The notes under the pieces: generated by a model
What the model saw: only the letters and a program-made list of their open reading frames with translations
Told to the model about the DNA's origin: nothing
Database searches by the model: none
Position numbers and translations under genes: made by a program
Part shown: piece after piece, positions 30,306 through 40,134 of the stretch
Numbering within the stretch: the stretch's first letter is position 1
How the letters are laid out: every line of letters begins with the position of its first letter
Assembly: GCA_963718235.1 (NCBI GenBank)
Contig: CAVQYR010000001.1
Location: 128,001 to 192,000, forward strand
Origin: an uncultured Actinomycetota bacterium
Lineage (GTDB): Bacteria; Actinomycetota; Actinomycetes; JAHEKZ01
DNA length: 64,000 bases
Reading direction: 5' to 3'

Positions 30306-32210
30306 TCAGGGGCGGGGCCACTGCCACGTGGCGAGGGTCTCACCAGTGCCGGGGGCTCGGACGGTGAACGTCACCGTGCCGGTCGCAGCGCGACGATCGT
30401 CGACGACGGTCCACCCGCCGAGCGCAGCGAGAGCGATGCTGTCCCGCCACGCTCGCTCGACCGGCGACCGGGGCATGACGTCGACGGTGACCCGAGCTGC
30501 GCGCACCAGATCCAGACCGCCCGAGAAGGTGAACACCGTGCCGGTTCCGGTGCGTCGTCCGAGGAGAACCGTTGTGGAGCAGGCAGAGGCGACGAAGGAG
30601 AGGCCGCTCGCTCCGCCGCTCGGCAGCTGAACCGAACCGGCGCACCGGTCGGCGCCCGGGCCCTGGGCCCGCTGCACCAGGACCGGGTCGATCCGACCAG
30701 GCCCGGCCAACTCCATCAGCACGACGAGCAGCGGCGAGGTGCCAGCCCCCCGTCGGGCCACGGAGGTGACCGTGTGGCCGAGAACCCTGACCTGCAGCGG
30801 GCCCGCCCGCCCGAGGTCGCGCCACGCGGCGGTGGCCAGGTCGTAGTCGCCGGGCGTCAGGTCGGCGGAGCGGTCTGCGGTCTGCGGATCCTTGAACTGC
30901 ACCTCGCCCCGCTCGAGGACAAGCGACTCGCTGCCGGGCTCGGGCAGCTGCAGGGTCGACGAGACCGCTGCGCCGCCCGCCCCGCGCCCACTCAGGACGA
31001 CCACCCCCTCGGCCCGGCTGGACAGCAGGGCGAGCCAGTTCGAGCCGGCCAGCAGGTCGAGGGGCTGCCACGTGCTCACGTCGGCGTCCAGGCTCGGTAG
31101 GGCGCTCGGGATCGGCGAGGGCGAGGTGCGCTGCCAGCCCACCTCCTGACCCGCTCGCTCGTCGTCGCCTCGCCACCGCGGGGCGAGGATCAGCCCGTCG
31201 TTCTGCACGTCGCCGAACACCCGCGGAATCCCCGCCACGAGGCTCGCCGGCAGTAACAACGCGTCCGTGGCAGAACCCGGAGTGAGGACGTCGCTGGCCG
31301 CGAGCGACGGTTCATACCCGACCAGGAGCGCCACCCGAGGGTCTCCCGCCTCATCGGTGGCCTCGAGGACCACCACGGGAATCCCCCGAATGGTGTCGGA
31401 GGCCAGGGCATAGATGGAACCGGCCGGCCGCTCACCACGCTTGGCCAGCTCGGTCCACGCGTCGGTCGCCTTGCCCAGCCGCAGCGCATCTGTGGCCTGT
31501 TCACCGGCCGTTGGCCAGCGCAGGAGGCCGGTCCCCGATGGCGGCAGCCCGCTGACCAGCTCGGCCGACGGCCGGCCGAGGTGAGGAACGACGACCGCAG
31601 CGGCGAGCACGACCAACACCAAGGCGGCCGACGCGACCAGCACCGCTCGACGCCGGTCGCCACCGACCCTTTGGTACACCCAGTCGACCGGGTCGGCCGG
31701 ACCGGCACCCTCGTCCTCGTGGGCGCGTAGCGCCGCCTCGATCCAGGGCCCAGCGGCTCCGCAGCCGACCTCGGCCACGGTCTGCGCCTTCACCCCGGTG
31801 CGGTCCGCGATCTCGTCGTCGTCCAGGCCGTGCACGTGACGCAGGACCAAGACCGCCCGACGGCGCGGGTCCAAAGCGTCGACCAGCTCGACCAGCTCGG
31901 CATGCCTGGACTCGGTCGACCCCTGCGGGTCGGGAGCCCAGCCCAGGAGCCGCTGGCCCGCGTCGGGGCCCGGGTCCTCCCGGTGGCCCCGCTGCCGCGC
32001 CAGGTAGCGCTCGAGGACCTGCTGCTGGACCACGCTCTCGCCGCCGGCGTCCTCGACCTCACGCCACCGCCGGGCGGCGTCGGCCAGCGAGGCCTGGACC
32101 AGTCTCGAGGCTTGCTCGGGATCGCCGGTGAGCACGCAGGCGTAGCGAAGCAGGGCAGGCGTGCGCGACCCCACGAACCGCTCGAACCGCTCGTCGCCCT
32201 GTCGGCCCAT
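30306..32210 (-). CDS. degenerate ECF sigma-like N-terminus fused to TM helix and extracytoplasmic domain
   Basis: FERFV..RTPALLRYA.VLTGD (region 2-like), LDPRRRAVLVLRH..GLDDDEIA..TG (region 4), then RRRAVLVASAALVLVVLAAAVVV TM and ~430 aa tail. Confidence 0.7.
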   Translation of the reverse strand: MGRQGDERFERFVGSRTPALLRYACVLTGDPEQASRLVQASLADAARRWREVEDAGGESVVQQQVLERYLARQRGHREDPGPDAGQRLLGWAPDPQGSTESRHAELVELVDALDPRRRAVLVLRHVHGLDDDEIADRTGVKAQTVAEVGCGAAGPWIEAALRAHEDEGAGPADPVDWVYQRVGGDRRRAVLVASAALVLVVLAAAVVVPHLGRPSAELVSGLPPSGTGLLRWPTAGEQATDALRLGKATDAWTELAKRGERPAGSIYALASDTIRGIPVVVLEATDEAGDPRVALLVGYEPSLAASDVLTPGSATDALLLPASLVAGIPRVFGDVQNDGLILAPRWRGDDERAGQEVGWQRTSPSPIPSALPSLDADVSTWQPLDLLAGSNWLALLSSRAEGVVVLSGRGAGGAAVSSTLQLPEPGSESLVLERGEVQFKDPQTADRSADLTPGDYDLATAAWRDLGRAGPLQVRVLGHTVTSVARRGAGTSPLLVVLMELAGPGRIDPVLVQRAQGPGADRCAGSVQLPSGGASGLSFVASACSTTVLLGRRTGTGTVFTFSGGLDLVRAARVTVDVMPRSPVERAWRDSIALAALGGWTVVDDRRAATGTVTFTVRAPGTGETLATWQWPRP

Positions 32211-32275
32211 GCGCTGATTGAACCGCTACGCACGACTGCCGCCACCCGAGACCGGCGTGTCGCATGCACAGTGGT

Positions 32276-33274
32276 TCACCCGCGGGCTCTGTCCAGGTCC
32301 TGGGCGGAGTACCGGACGTGATCGGCCAGCAGCGGTCGCGATCTCAGCGACTGCCGCTCGAAGCTCTGCCTCAGCTGGGCCACCACCGGGGCGAACGACG
32401 GGGTGTCCGCCGTGTCGCCCCAGAACCATCGGACGACGGCCAGGCCGGCCCGCTCCAGCTCACGCTGACGCAGCTTCTCCCGCCAGAGCGCATCCGACGC
32501 TTGGCGGTACTTGCCTCGACCATCGGCCTCGCCCACCACGGCAAGCTCCGGCCACAGGAAGTCGACCCGCCACTCGGCGGTGTCGATCCAGATGCGAACC
32601 TGCGGCACCGGTGGCTCGACGCCGGCCTCGTGGAGCCGCCACCGCGACAGCGACTCCAGCGGTGACTCCGCTCGCCCGTCGGCGAACTCGGCGACGGTCC
32701 GAGCGGTGGAGACCCCCGGCGTCGCGGCGAGACCGAGTGCCTCGTGGCTCAGCTGGGCCGCCGTGGCTCTCCCGATCGCCAAGGCCGCGTCTGAGACGAC
32801 CAGACCGGCTTCCAGCCCGTGGGTGCGGGACACGTCGATGCACGTTCGCACGGCGGACGTCACCGGTAGCCCGGACTGCCGTTCGCTCTCGGGCATCACC
32901 CTGAGCCGATGAGACCTCGTGCCGGTCAGGGCTCGACCGGTCAGCGGCCGGGTGATCTCCGGTCGCCCCACGTGGCCCAGGATCGGCAGCCCGTGGAGGA
33001 CGGCCGCGCTGCGATGGCTCACCACGCAGTTCGGCGCGCGGACCACCGTGGCCGCGAGGACCAGGTGGTGCCGGGCGAGGACGTCGTCCCGGGTCAGGCG
33101 CCACGACGTTCCGTCGACGAACGTGTCGGACGCCACCCGAACGAGGAGCCCCGCGCGCAGCCAGCGCCCGAGGTCGGCCCGGGTCGAACCTCGCGCCCGA
33201 AGCTGGTGGCCAGCGACCGCGCCGACCTGGCTGGCCAGCAGCGCAATGACGTCGGCGGGCAGCATCGGTGGCAC
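32276..33274 (-). CDS. AbiEi-like N-terminal domain + DUF559/Vsr-like nuclease-fold protein
   Basis: VVSHRSAAVLHGL, VTS..RT.IDV.R, AESPLESLSR, P.PQ, RVDFLWP..VVGEADG..KY, EK.R..LE..G..VVRW. Confidence 0.8.
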   Translation of the reverse strand: MPPMLPADVIALLASQVGAVAGHQLRARGSTRADLGRWLRAGLLVRVASDTFVDGTSWRLTRDDVLARHHLVLAATVVRAPNCVVSHRSAAVLHGLPILGHVGRPEITRPLTGRALTGTRSHRLRVMPESERQSGLPVTSAVRTCIDVSRTHGLEAGLVVSDAALAIGRATAAQLSHEALGLAATPGVSTARTVAEFADGRAESPLESLSRWRLHEAGVEPPVPQVRIWIDTAEWRVDFLWPELAVVGEADGRGKYRQASDALWREKLRQRELERAGLAVVRWFWGDTADTPSFAPVVAQLRQSFERQSLRSRPLLADHVRYSAQDLDRARG

Positions 33275-33431
33275 GGCAGCACGATCACGGACGACGAGAC
33301 GCCACGTGCCGCTCGTCCGTCGCGCTGTGTACGGCTACGCACGCGACTCGCCGTGCACAACGGCATCGGAGTGTGCCTGCCGGTACACCGGCCGCTGGTT
33401 CTCAGGCGGGTGCGGCCGGGCCGCGGTGCGA

Positions 33432-34097
33432 TCAGGGCTGGACGGGACCGGACACCTGGTCGAAGCAGTGGCGGCGGACCCACGCGTGCATGGCGATCGC
33501 TGCCGCCGCACCAGCGTTGATCGACCGGGTGGACCCGTACTGCGCGATCGACAGCACTGCCTCGCAGTGCTCATGGGCCGCCTGGGACAGACCCGGCCCC
33601 TCCTGCCCGAGCAGCAGCACGCACCGCACCGGCAGCTCGAACGTCTCCAGCGCGACCGCACCCGGCAGGTTGTCGATGCCGAGCACCGGCAGACCCTGGT
33701 CGTCGGCCCAGCCGACGAAGGCGACGAGGTCGTCGTGGTGGTGCACATGGAGGTACCGGTCGGTGACCATCGCCCCGCGACGGTTCCAGCGGCGACGTCC
33801 GATCACGTGCACGGCCGCGGCGTTGAATGCGTTGGCCGTCCGCACGACCGACCCGATGTTGAAGTCGTGCTGGAAGTTCTCGATCGCCACCGAGAACGGG
33901 TGACGGCTCGCGTCCAGGTGGGCCACGATGGCGTCGTTGCGCCAGTAGCGGTAGCGGTCGACCACGTTGCGACGGTCCCCGGCCTGAAGCAGCTCGGGGT
34001 CGTAGTGAGGGTCGGTGGGCCAAGGCCGCGGGTGTGGACCCACCCCTGGAGGCACCGCCCGTGGCGGCCGCACGTGGCCCGGCTCGTCGAGTGGCAC
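33432..34097 (-). CDS. TrmH/SpoU family RNA methyltransferase
   Basis: HDFNIGSVVRTANAF, LLGQEGPGLS, IAQYGSTRSINAG. Confidence 0.92.
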   Translation of the reverse strand: MPLDEPGHVRPPRAVPPGVGPHPRPWPTDPHYDPELLQAGDRRNVVDRYRYWRNDAIVAHLDASRHPFSVAIENFQHDFNIGSVVRTANAFNAAAVHVIGRRRWNRRGAMVTDRYLHVHHHDDLVAFVGWADDQGLPVLGIDNLPGAVALETFELPVRCVLLLGQEGPGLSQAAHEHCEAVLSIAQYGSTRSINAGAAAAIAMHAWVRRHCFDQVSGPVQP

Positions 34098-34142
34098 GAC
34101 GCCAGCGTACGACGCCCGTCACGCTGCCCCTACCCTGATCTG

Positions 34143-34775
34143 GTGCCTGCACTCCTGACCTCTACTCTCGCGGTCTCGATCCTCGACCCGGAGAGCCTCA
34201 TCCAGTCGTTCGGGCTGATCGGCATCCTGGTCATCGTCTTCGCCGAGTGCGGTCTGCTGATCGGGTTCTTCCTTCCGGGCGACTCACTGCTGTTCGCGGC
34301 CGGACTGCTCGTCGCGGGTGGCCTGCTGGACTACCCCATCGCATACGTCTGCCTGCTCATCACCCTGGCTGCGTTCCTCGGCAACCTCACCGGCTACTGG
34401 ATCGGGTGGACGGTCGGTCCACGGGTGCTCGACCGTCCGGACGGACGGTTCTTCAAGCGCGCCTACGTCACCCAGACCCGGGCCTTCTTCGACCGACACG
34501 GGGCCCGCGCCGTCATCCTGGCCCGGTTCGTCCCGATCGTGCGCACCTTCATCACCGTGATGGCCGGTGCGGTCCGGATGGACTTTCGCCAGTACGTGCT
34601 GTTCACCGCGATCGGGGCCGTGCTCTGGGGAACCGGCGTCACCCTGCTGGGCTACTACCTGGGGAACATCCCGATCATCAAGGACAACATCGAGGTGTTC
34701 CTGCTCGGGTTCGTCGCGCTGTCGATCCTGCCCATCGTCTACGAGCTGTGGCGCGCGCGGCGGCGGACCAGCTAG
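34143..34775 (+). CDS. DedA/VTT family membrane protein
   Basis: FAECGLLIGFFLPGDSLLF, ARFVPIVRTF; GTG 34143 after TACCCT-N6. Confidence 0.92.
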   Translation: MPALLTSTLAVSILDPESLIQSFGLIGILVIVFAECGLLIGFFLPGDSLLFAAGLLVAGGLLDYPIAYVCLLITLAAFLGNLTGYWIGWTVGPRVLDRPDGRFFKRAYVTQTRAFFDRHGARAVILARFVPIVRTFITVMAGAVRMDFRQYVLFTAIGAVLWGTGVTLLGYYLGNIPIIKDNIEVFLLGFVALSILPIVYELWRARRRTS

Positions 34776-34798
34776 CCGGAGCACACGACGCCCCGGGG

Positions 34799-35344
34799 TC
34801 ACCCGTCACGTACCACCAGCTGTGCGACGTCCGCACCGAAGTGACGCACCGCCTCGTAGTCGGTGTAGTCGTAGTCGCGATGGGTGTCCGTACCCAGCCC
34901 GCCCTTCTTCGCGATCGTCTTGAGCAGCCGCCGCTTCGCGAACCCGTAGCGGGTGTAGAGCAGCGCTCCGCCGAAGAGCCCGACCAGGTCAGGGTGCCAA
35001 CCGGTCTGGTCGATGAAGCCGTCGACGTACGTCGTGGCCTCCCCACGCTGCTCGGGATCGGCCCCCGGGGCGGAGGAGAGACTGACCTGGAAGAACGCCG
35101 ACGGCAGCGCAGTCAGGGCTGCATGGTTGGCCGCAGCCCACGACACGACGTCCTTGTGGTGCTGGCCCATGTGGATCGACGAGCCGACCACGACGCCGCC
35201 GTAGCCCTGCGGCTCTCCCGGGGCGTTCTCGATCGCCCGGAGGTCGACCTGGTGACCGCCCTCTGCTATCGCCTCGATCATGGTCTTGACGACGTCTTCG
35301 GTGTGACCTTCGGCCGTGCCGTACAGAACGAGTACCCGGGTCAT
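34799..35344 (-). CDS. flavodoxin-domain protein (HemG-like)
   Basis: VLYGTAEGHT, VVGSSIHMG, AFFQVSL, FGGALLYTRY, DYDYTDYEAV. Confidence 0.83.
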   Translation of the reverse strand: MTRVLVLYGTAEGHTEDVVKTMIEAIAEGGHQVDLRAIENAPGEPQGYGGVVVGSSIHMGQHHKDVVSWAAANHAALTALPSAFFQVSLSSAPGADPEQRGEATTYVDGFIDQTGWHPDLVGLFGGALLYTRYGFAKRRLLKTIAKKGGLGTDTHRDYDYTDYEAVRHFGADVAQLVVRDG

Positions 35345-35391
35345 CCCCACACGATGGTCGGACGCCGCCAAGGGCGCCAGGGCCACTAGTC

Positions 35392-35952
35392 CTAGAACTG
35401 CACCTGGGGGGCCGAGCGGATGTTCGGGTCGTCGACCTCGAAGTACTCGGCCTCGGTGAAGTGGAAGAGGTTGGCCACGATGTTGCTGGGAACGGACTGG
35501 ATCTTGGTGTTGAAGGCCCGCACGTTGGCGTTGTAGAAGCGACGCCCCGCCGCGATCCGGTCCTCGGTCTCGGTGAGCTGACGCTGCAGCTCCAGGAAGT
35601 TCTGGTTGGCCTTGAGGTCCGGATAGGCCTCGGCCACGGCGAACAGCTGCCGCAGGGCGCCGGTCAGCATGTTCTCCTGCTGCGCCTGCTCGGCCGGGGT
35701 GGCACCCGGCGTCGAGGCAGCGGCCCTGGCCTGGGTCACCGCCTCGAAGGTGCCACGCTCGTGGCTGGCGTAGCCCTTGACGGTCTCGACGAGGTTCGGG
35801 ATGAGGTCGTAACGCCGGTGCAGCTCGACGTCGATCTGCTTCCAGGACTCCTGGACGAGGTTCCGCAGTCGGATCAGACCGTTGTACGTGACCGTGAACC
35901 ACAGACCGACCAGCACGATCAGGACGACGAGCACGATCCAGATCCAGGTCAC
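35392..35952 (-). CDS. lemA: LemA family protein
   Basis: N-terminal TM, RRYDLIPNLV, AVAEAYPDLKA, EDRIAAGRRFYN. Confidence 0.93.
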   Translation of the reverse strand: MTWIWIVLVVLIVLVGLWFTVTYNGLIRLRNLVQESWKQIDVELHRRYDLIPNLVETVKGYASHERGTFEAVTQARAAASTPGATPAEQAQQENMLTGALRQLFAVAEAYPDLKANQNFLELQRQLTETEDRIAAGRRFYNANVRAFNTKIQSVPSNIVANLFHFTEAEYFEVDDPNIRSAPQVQF

Positions 35953-36020
35953 GGAGTACTCCTCGGGTCAGCAGTCGGGGCGATCCCGGTCTTCGTGGAT
36001 CGTATCGCCGTTCGGCTCGG

Positions 36021-36566
36021 TCAGAGCCCGAGGTCAGCCGCGGAGTACACGTACCGGTACGGCAGTCCGGCGGCCTCGACGACCGGCGCCGCCCCCCGCT
36101 CGACGATCACGACCACACCGACCACCTCCGCCCCGGCGTCCCGAAGGGCGTCGACCGCCGTCATCACCGAACCGCCGGTGGTCGAGGTGTCCTCGACCGC
36201 CAGGACCCGACGTCCGGAGACATCAGGTCCTTCGATCCGGCGCTGCAGCCCGTGCTGCTTCTCCGACTTGCGCACGACGAACGCGTCGAGCGCGCGCCCC
36301 TCGGCGGCCGCCGCGTGGAGCATCGACGTCGCCACGGGGTCGGCCCCGAGCGTCAGTCCCCCCACGGAGTCGTACTGCCAGTCGGCGGTGAGGTCGAGGA
36401 GGACCCGACCCACCAGCGGTGCCGCCTGTGCGTCGAGGGTGATCCGGCGCAGGTCGATGTAGTAGTCGGCCTCCTTACCGGAGGACAGGACCACTCGACC
36501 GTGCACCACGGCCTTGTCGAGGATCTGCTGCTTCAGCTGCTGCCGGAGAAGGTCTCGTTCACTCAC
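36021..36566 (-). CDS. pyrE: orotate phosphoribosyltransferase
   Basis: LSSGKEADYYIDLR, VRK..K.HG, LAVEDTSTTGGS. Confidence 0.95.
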   Translation of the reverse strand: MSERDLLRQQLKQQILDKAVVHGRVVLSSGKEADYYIDLRRITLDAQAAPLVGRVLLDLTADWQYDSVGGLTLGADPVATSMLHAAAAEGRALDAFVVRKSEKQHGLQRRIEGPDVSGRRVLAVEDTSTTGGSVMTAVDALRDAGAEVVGVVVIVERGAAPVVEAAGLPYRYVYSAADLGL

Positions 36567-36637
36567 GATGCCAGGCTAGTCTGCGGCGCATCGTGCGCCG
36601 TCGGGTGCATCGACCCGTGCAACCGATGAGGAGCAAT

Positions 36638-37582
36638 GTGGCTGTCATCGAGGTGCAGGGCGTGCACAAGGCCTACCGGCGCCGGGGACGCCCGCCCAAG
36701 GCCGCCCTCGACGGACTCGACCTCAGCGTCGAGGCCGGGGGCGTCCATGGGTTCCTCGGACCCAACGGGTCGGGCAAGACCACCCTGTTGCGCTGCCTGA
36801 TGGGGCTGGCCCGGGCCGACGCCGGCCAGATGAGCATCCTCGGCCGGCCGACCCCGAAGGCGCTTCCTCACGTCGTCGGAGACGTCGGCTCGCTGTTGGA
36901 GAGCCCGGCGTTCTTCCCGCCGTACAGCGGACGGCTGAACCTGTCGCTGCTCGCGACCGCGCAGCGTCTCCCCCAGGCCCGGGTCGACGAGGTGCTGGAC
37001 GTCGTCGGCCTCACGGACGCCGCCAACGACCGGGTCAAGGGCTACTCGCTCGGCATGCGCCAGCGGCTCGGCATCGCCGCGGCCATGCTCAACCGACCGC
37101 TAGTGCTCGTGCTTGACGAGCCGAGCAACGGCCTGGACCCGGCCGGCATGAAGGAGGTCCGGCTGCTGCTGAGGCAGCTCGCCGACCAGGGAACCACCGT
37201 GCTGCTCTCGTCACACCTGCTCAACGAGGTGCAGCAGATCTGCGACCACGTCACGATCGTCAGCCACGGACGGCGGGTGTCGGCCGGGACCGTGGCCGAA
37301 GTGCTGGCCACTCACACCGGGACCGCTGTCCGGCTCGGGGTCGCCGACTCCCCCGGTGCCGTGCAGGTGCTCGTGGCCGCAGGGTTCGCAGCCCGTGACG
37401 AGGGTGGGCTGGGGGTCGTCGTCGACAACGCGCCCGACCCGGCGCTGGTCACCAAGGCCCTCGCCGACCAGGCGCGCTACGTGTCGTGGCTCCAACCGCA
37501 GACGGCCGACCTCGAGGAGGTCTTCCTCCAGCTGACCACCGACCCGAGTGAGACACCGACGGTCGAGGGCGGTGCCGCATGA
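36638..37582 (+). CDS. ABC transporter ATP-binding protein
   Basis: GPNGSGKTT, YSLGMRQR, LDEPSNGLD, SSHLL; GTG after GAGGAG. Confidence 0.93.
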   Translation: MAVIEVQGVHKAYRRRGRPPKAALDGLDLSVEAGGVHGFLGPNGSGKTTLLRCLMGLARADAGQMSILGRPTPKALPHVVGDVGSLLESPAFFPPYSGRLNLSLLATAQRLPQARVDEVLDVVGLTDAANDRVKGYSLGMRQRLGIAAAMLNRPLVLVLDEPSNGLDPAGMKEVRLLLRQLADQGTTVLLSSHLLNEVQQICDHVTIVSHGRRVSAGTVAEVLATHTGTAVRLGVADSPGAVQVLVAAGFAARDEGGLGVVVDNAPDPALVTKALADQARYVSWLQPQTADLEEVFLQLTTDPSETPTVEGGAA

Positions 37583-38616
37583 GCACCGACATCGCCCAGA
37601 CGACACCGGCTTCCCCCGCTCCCCGCGGTGCCGGGGCGTTCCTCCCGCTGCTGCGCGCAGAGCTCAGCCGGGTCAGCCACCGCCGGCTGTTCTGGATCTG
37701 CTCCTCGCTGCTGCTCGCCGGCATCGTCGTGGTGAGCGGGATCATCTTCTTCAACAGCTCCAGACCCGGGCCGATCCCAGCCGATGTTCAGCGGGCCTAC
37801 GAGCAGGACCTGGCCCGACAGCAGAACTTCTACGACAAGTGCGTCACCCGCAACGTCCCTGAGGGTGAGGACCCGATCCAGTACTGCGGGGAGCCGCCCG
37901 AGGAGTACATGAGCGTCTACAGCTACACCAACGAGTCGCCGTACCGGGCCAAGGAGGCGCTGCTGCCCGTGGTGATCGCGATCAGCATCGGCTCGGCCAT
38001 GCTCGCCTTCCTGATCGGGGCCAGCACGGGGGGCGCGGAGTGGTCGTCGCGGTCGATGACCCTGCAGCTGCTCTGGGAGCCGCGACGCCTGCGACTGCTT
38101 CTCACCAAGTGGCTGGCCCTGGCGATCGTGATGACGCTCACCGCCGTCGTGAACCTGGCTGTCGGGCTGGGTCTGGGCGCGGCGACCGCCTCGCTGCGCG
38201 GGACCTGGGACGGCGTCCCCGACGGGTTCTGGCCGGAGCTGCTCGGCGTGGCGGCGCGGGGCGCGGTGCTGATCGTGTTCGCGGCCACCGTGGCATACGC
38301 GATCTCCATGCTCGTCCGCAACACCGGGGGCTCGCTCGGAGTGGGCTTCGTCTACTTCGCCGTCGCCGAGCTCGGCATCAGGCTCGGGCTCGGGAAGTAC
38401 GGGCCCGACGTCTACCTGCTGTCCACGAACGTCGGCGCGTGGCTGGTTCCTGGTGGCATCGACGTCCCGGGCCGGCAGACTGACCTCGCCGACGGGTCAA
38501 TCATGATCGAGCAGGTCCACCTGTCGAACCTGCACGGTCTGGTCGTGATGAGCGGCTACCTGCTGGTGCTGGCCCTGCCGGCACTGTGGTCGTTCCGGCG
38601 CCGTGACGTGAGCTAG
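37579..38616 (+). CDS. ABC-2 type permease
   Basis: LLRAEL.R, about 6 TM, GAEWSSRS, EPRR.RL, FRRRDV; coupled to ATPase. Confidence 0.88.
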   Translation: MSTDIAQTTPASPAPRGAGAFLPLLRAELSRVSHRRLFWICSSLLLAGIVVVSGIIFFNSSRPGPIPADVQRAYEQDLARQQNFYDKCVTRNVPEGEDPIQYCGEPPEEYMSVYSYTNESPYRAKEALLPVVIAISIGSAMLAFLIGASTGGAEWSSRSMTLQLLWEPRRLRLLLTKWLALAIVMTLTAVVNLAVGLGLGAATASLRGTWDGVPDGFWPELLGVAARGAVLIVFAATVAYAISMLVRNTGGSLGVGFVYFAVAELGIRLGLGKYGPDVYLLSTNVGAWLVPGGIDVPGRQTDLADGSIMIEQVHLSNLHGLVVMSGYLLVLALPALWSFRRRDVS

Positions 38617-38620
38617 GTCC

Positions 38621-39367
38621 ATGGACCCGGTCGTCCTGCTGCACTCGCCGCTGACCTCCGCCACCGCGTGGGGGCGTCTGCCCGAGGTCCTGCGCGGGTC
38701 AGGTCTGCGGGTGGTCGTCCCCGAGGTGCTGGACGACGACGAACCCCCCTACGCCGTTCGCTACGTCGGCCGGGTCGCCGTCCAGCTGCGTGAGCTGCTC
38801 GGCTCGACGCCGTGCGTCCTCGTGGCCCACAGCGGGGCAGGACCGCTCATGCCGTCGCTCGGGTTCGCCCGGCACGCCGCTGGCGGTCGGGTGACCGGGT
38901 ACGTCTTCCTCGATGCAGCGCTGCCGCGGGTGCTCCACGCGGCGACCCGCCTCGAGCTCATGCGCCTGGACGACGAAGCGTTCGCCGGGCAGCTCGAGAC
39001 CGCCCTGAGGTCCGGCGCGCGGTTCCCGAGGTGGTCGGACGGCGACCTGCGTGACGAGGTGCCGGACCCCGGCGACCGAGCTCTCCTGCTCGCCGGACTG
39101 CGGCCGCGTTCACTCGACTACTTCACCGAGCCGCTACCGATGCCGGAGGACTGGCCCGACGCTCCCGCGGCCTACGTTCGCCTCTCCGACGCCTACCTGC
39201 GCCCGGCCGAGACCGCACGGCGGCGTGGCTGGCCGGTGGTCACGCGGGACCCCGGCCACTTCGGGGCGCTGACCGACCCCGAGCAGGTCGCGCAGGCGCT
39301 GGCCGAGGTCTTCACTGCGGTGTTCGGCGAGTCCGGGTCGACGCCTGGAACCGTGCCGGACGACTAG
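38621..39367 (+). CDS. alpha/beta hydrolase fold protein
   Basis: VLLHSP, LVAHSGAG, VFLDA.LP, GHF. Confidence 0.8.
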   Translation: MDPVVLLHSPLTSATAWGRLPEVLRGSGLRVVVPEVLDDDEPPYAVRYVGRVAVQLRELLGSTPCVLVAHSGAGPLMPSLGFARHAAGGRVTGYVFLDAALPRVLHAATRLELMRLDDEAFAGQLETALRSGARFPRWSDGDLRDEVPDPGDRALLLAGLRPRSLDYFTEPLPMPEDWPDAPAAYVRLSDAYLRPAETARRRGWPVVTRDPGHFGALTDPEQVAQALAEVFTAVFGESGSTPGTVPDD

Positions 39368-40134
39368 CGGGACAGGCGCCTCCTGCGCAAGCGCTCGGCC
39401 CGGCGCACGACATCGCGCGGGAGGACCCGGGCCACACCCGACACCGCCTTGTAGTGGAGTCCTGGAACGCTGACCGCCTTGCCCCGTCGGAGGTCGGACA
39501 GCGCGTCGTCGACCACGCGATCGGCGTCGAGCCAGACCCACTCCGGGTAGGCGGACATGTCGATTCCGGCGCGCTGGTGGAACTCCGTGTGCACGAACCC
39601 CGGGCACAGCGCCATGACGTGCACGCCGGTACCAGCGAGCTCACCGGCGAGTCCCTGGCTGAAGGCGGTGACCCACGCCTTGGCTGCGCTGTAGGTGCCG
39701 AACGGAAGGAAGCCGGCCACGCTGGACACGTTGACCACAGCGCCGCGACCACGCCCGACCATGCCGGGCAGCGCCGCATGCGTCAGGCGCAGGACGGCGG
39801 TGACCAGCACGTCGAGCAGCTCCTGCTCGGCCTCCACCCGGCCACCGACGAAGCTCTGGGTGATCGCGAAGCCGGCATTGTTGACGAGCAGGTCGACGGG
39901 TCGCTCGGGCGAAGCCAGTCGCTGCTCCACCCGCGCCAGCTCGTCGCGCACCGTGAGGTCAGCCACGAGCACCTCGCCCTCGACTCCGTGCCGCTGCGCC
40001 ACATCGCGAGCGACCGCGGCCAGCCGGTCGCCGTCCCGCGCGACCAGGACGGTGTCGTGACCGTCGGCCGCCAACCGGTCGACGAACGCACGGCCGATTC
40101 CTGCTGTTGCACCGGTGACCAGGACCCGACTCAC
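39364..40134 (-). CDS. short-chain dehydrogenase/reductase
   Basis: TGATAGIG, LVNNAG, NVSS, YSAAK, CPGFVHTEF. Confidence 0.92.
   Translation of the reverse strand: MSRVLVTGATAGIGRAFVDRLAADGHDTVLVARDGDRLAAVARDVAQRHGVEGEVLVADLTVRDELARVEQRLASPERPVDLLVNNAGFAITQSFVGGRVEAEQELLDVLVTAVLRLTHAALPGMVGRGRGAVVNVSSVAGFLPFGTYSAAKAWVTAFSQGLAGELAGTGVHVMALCPGFVHTEFHQRAGIDMSAYPEWVWLDADRVVDDALSDLRRGKAVSVPGLHYKAVSGVARVLPRDVVRRAERLRRRRLSR

Noticed and set aside
32919-34142. 618-aa DedA fusion ORF
   Set aside because: The upstream part is antisense to trmH and the AbiEi-like gene; DedA starts at 34143.
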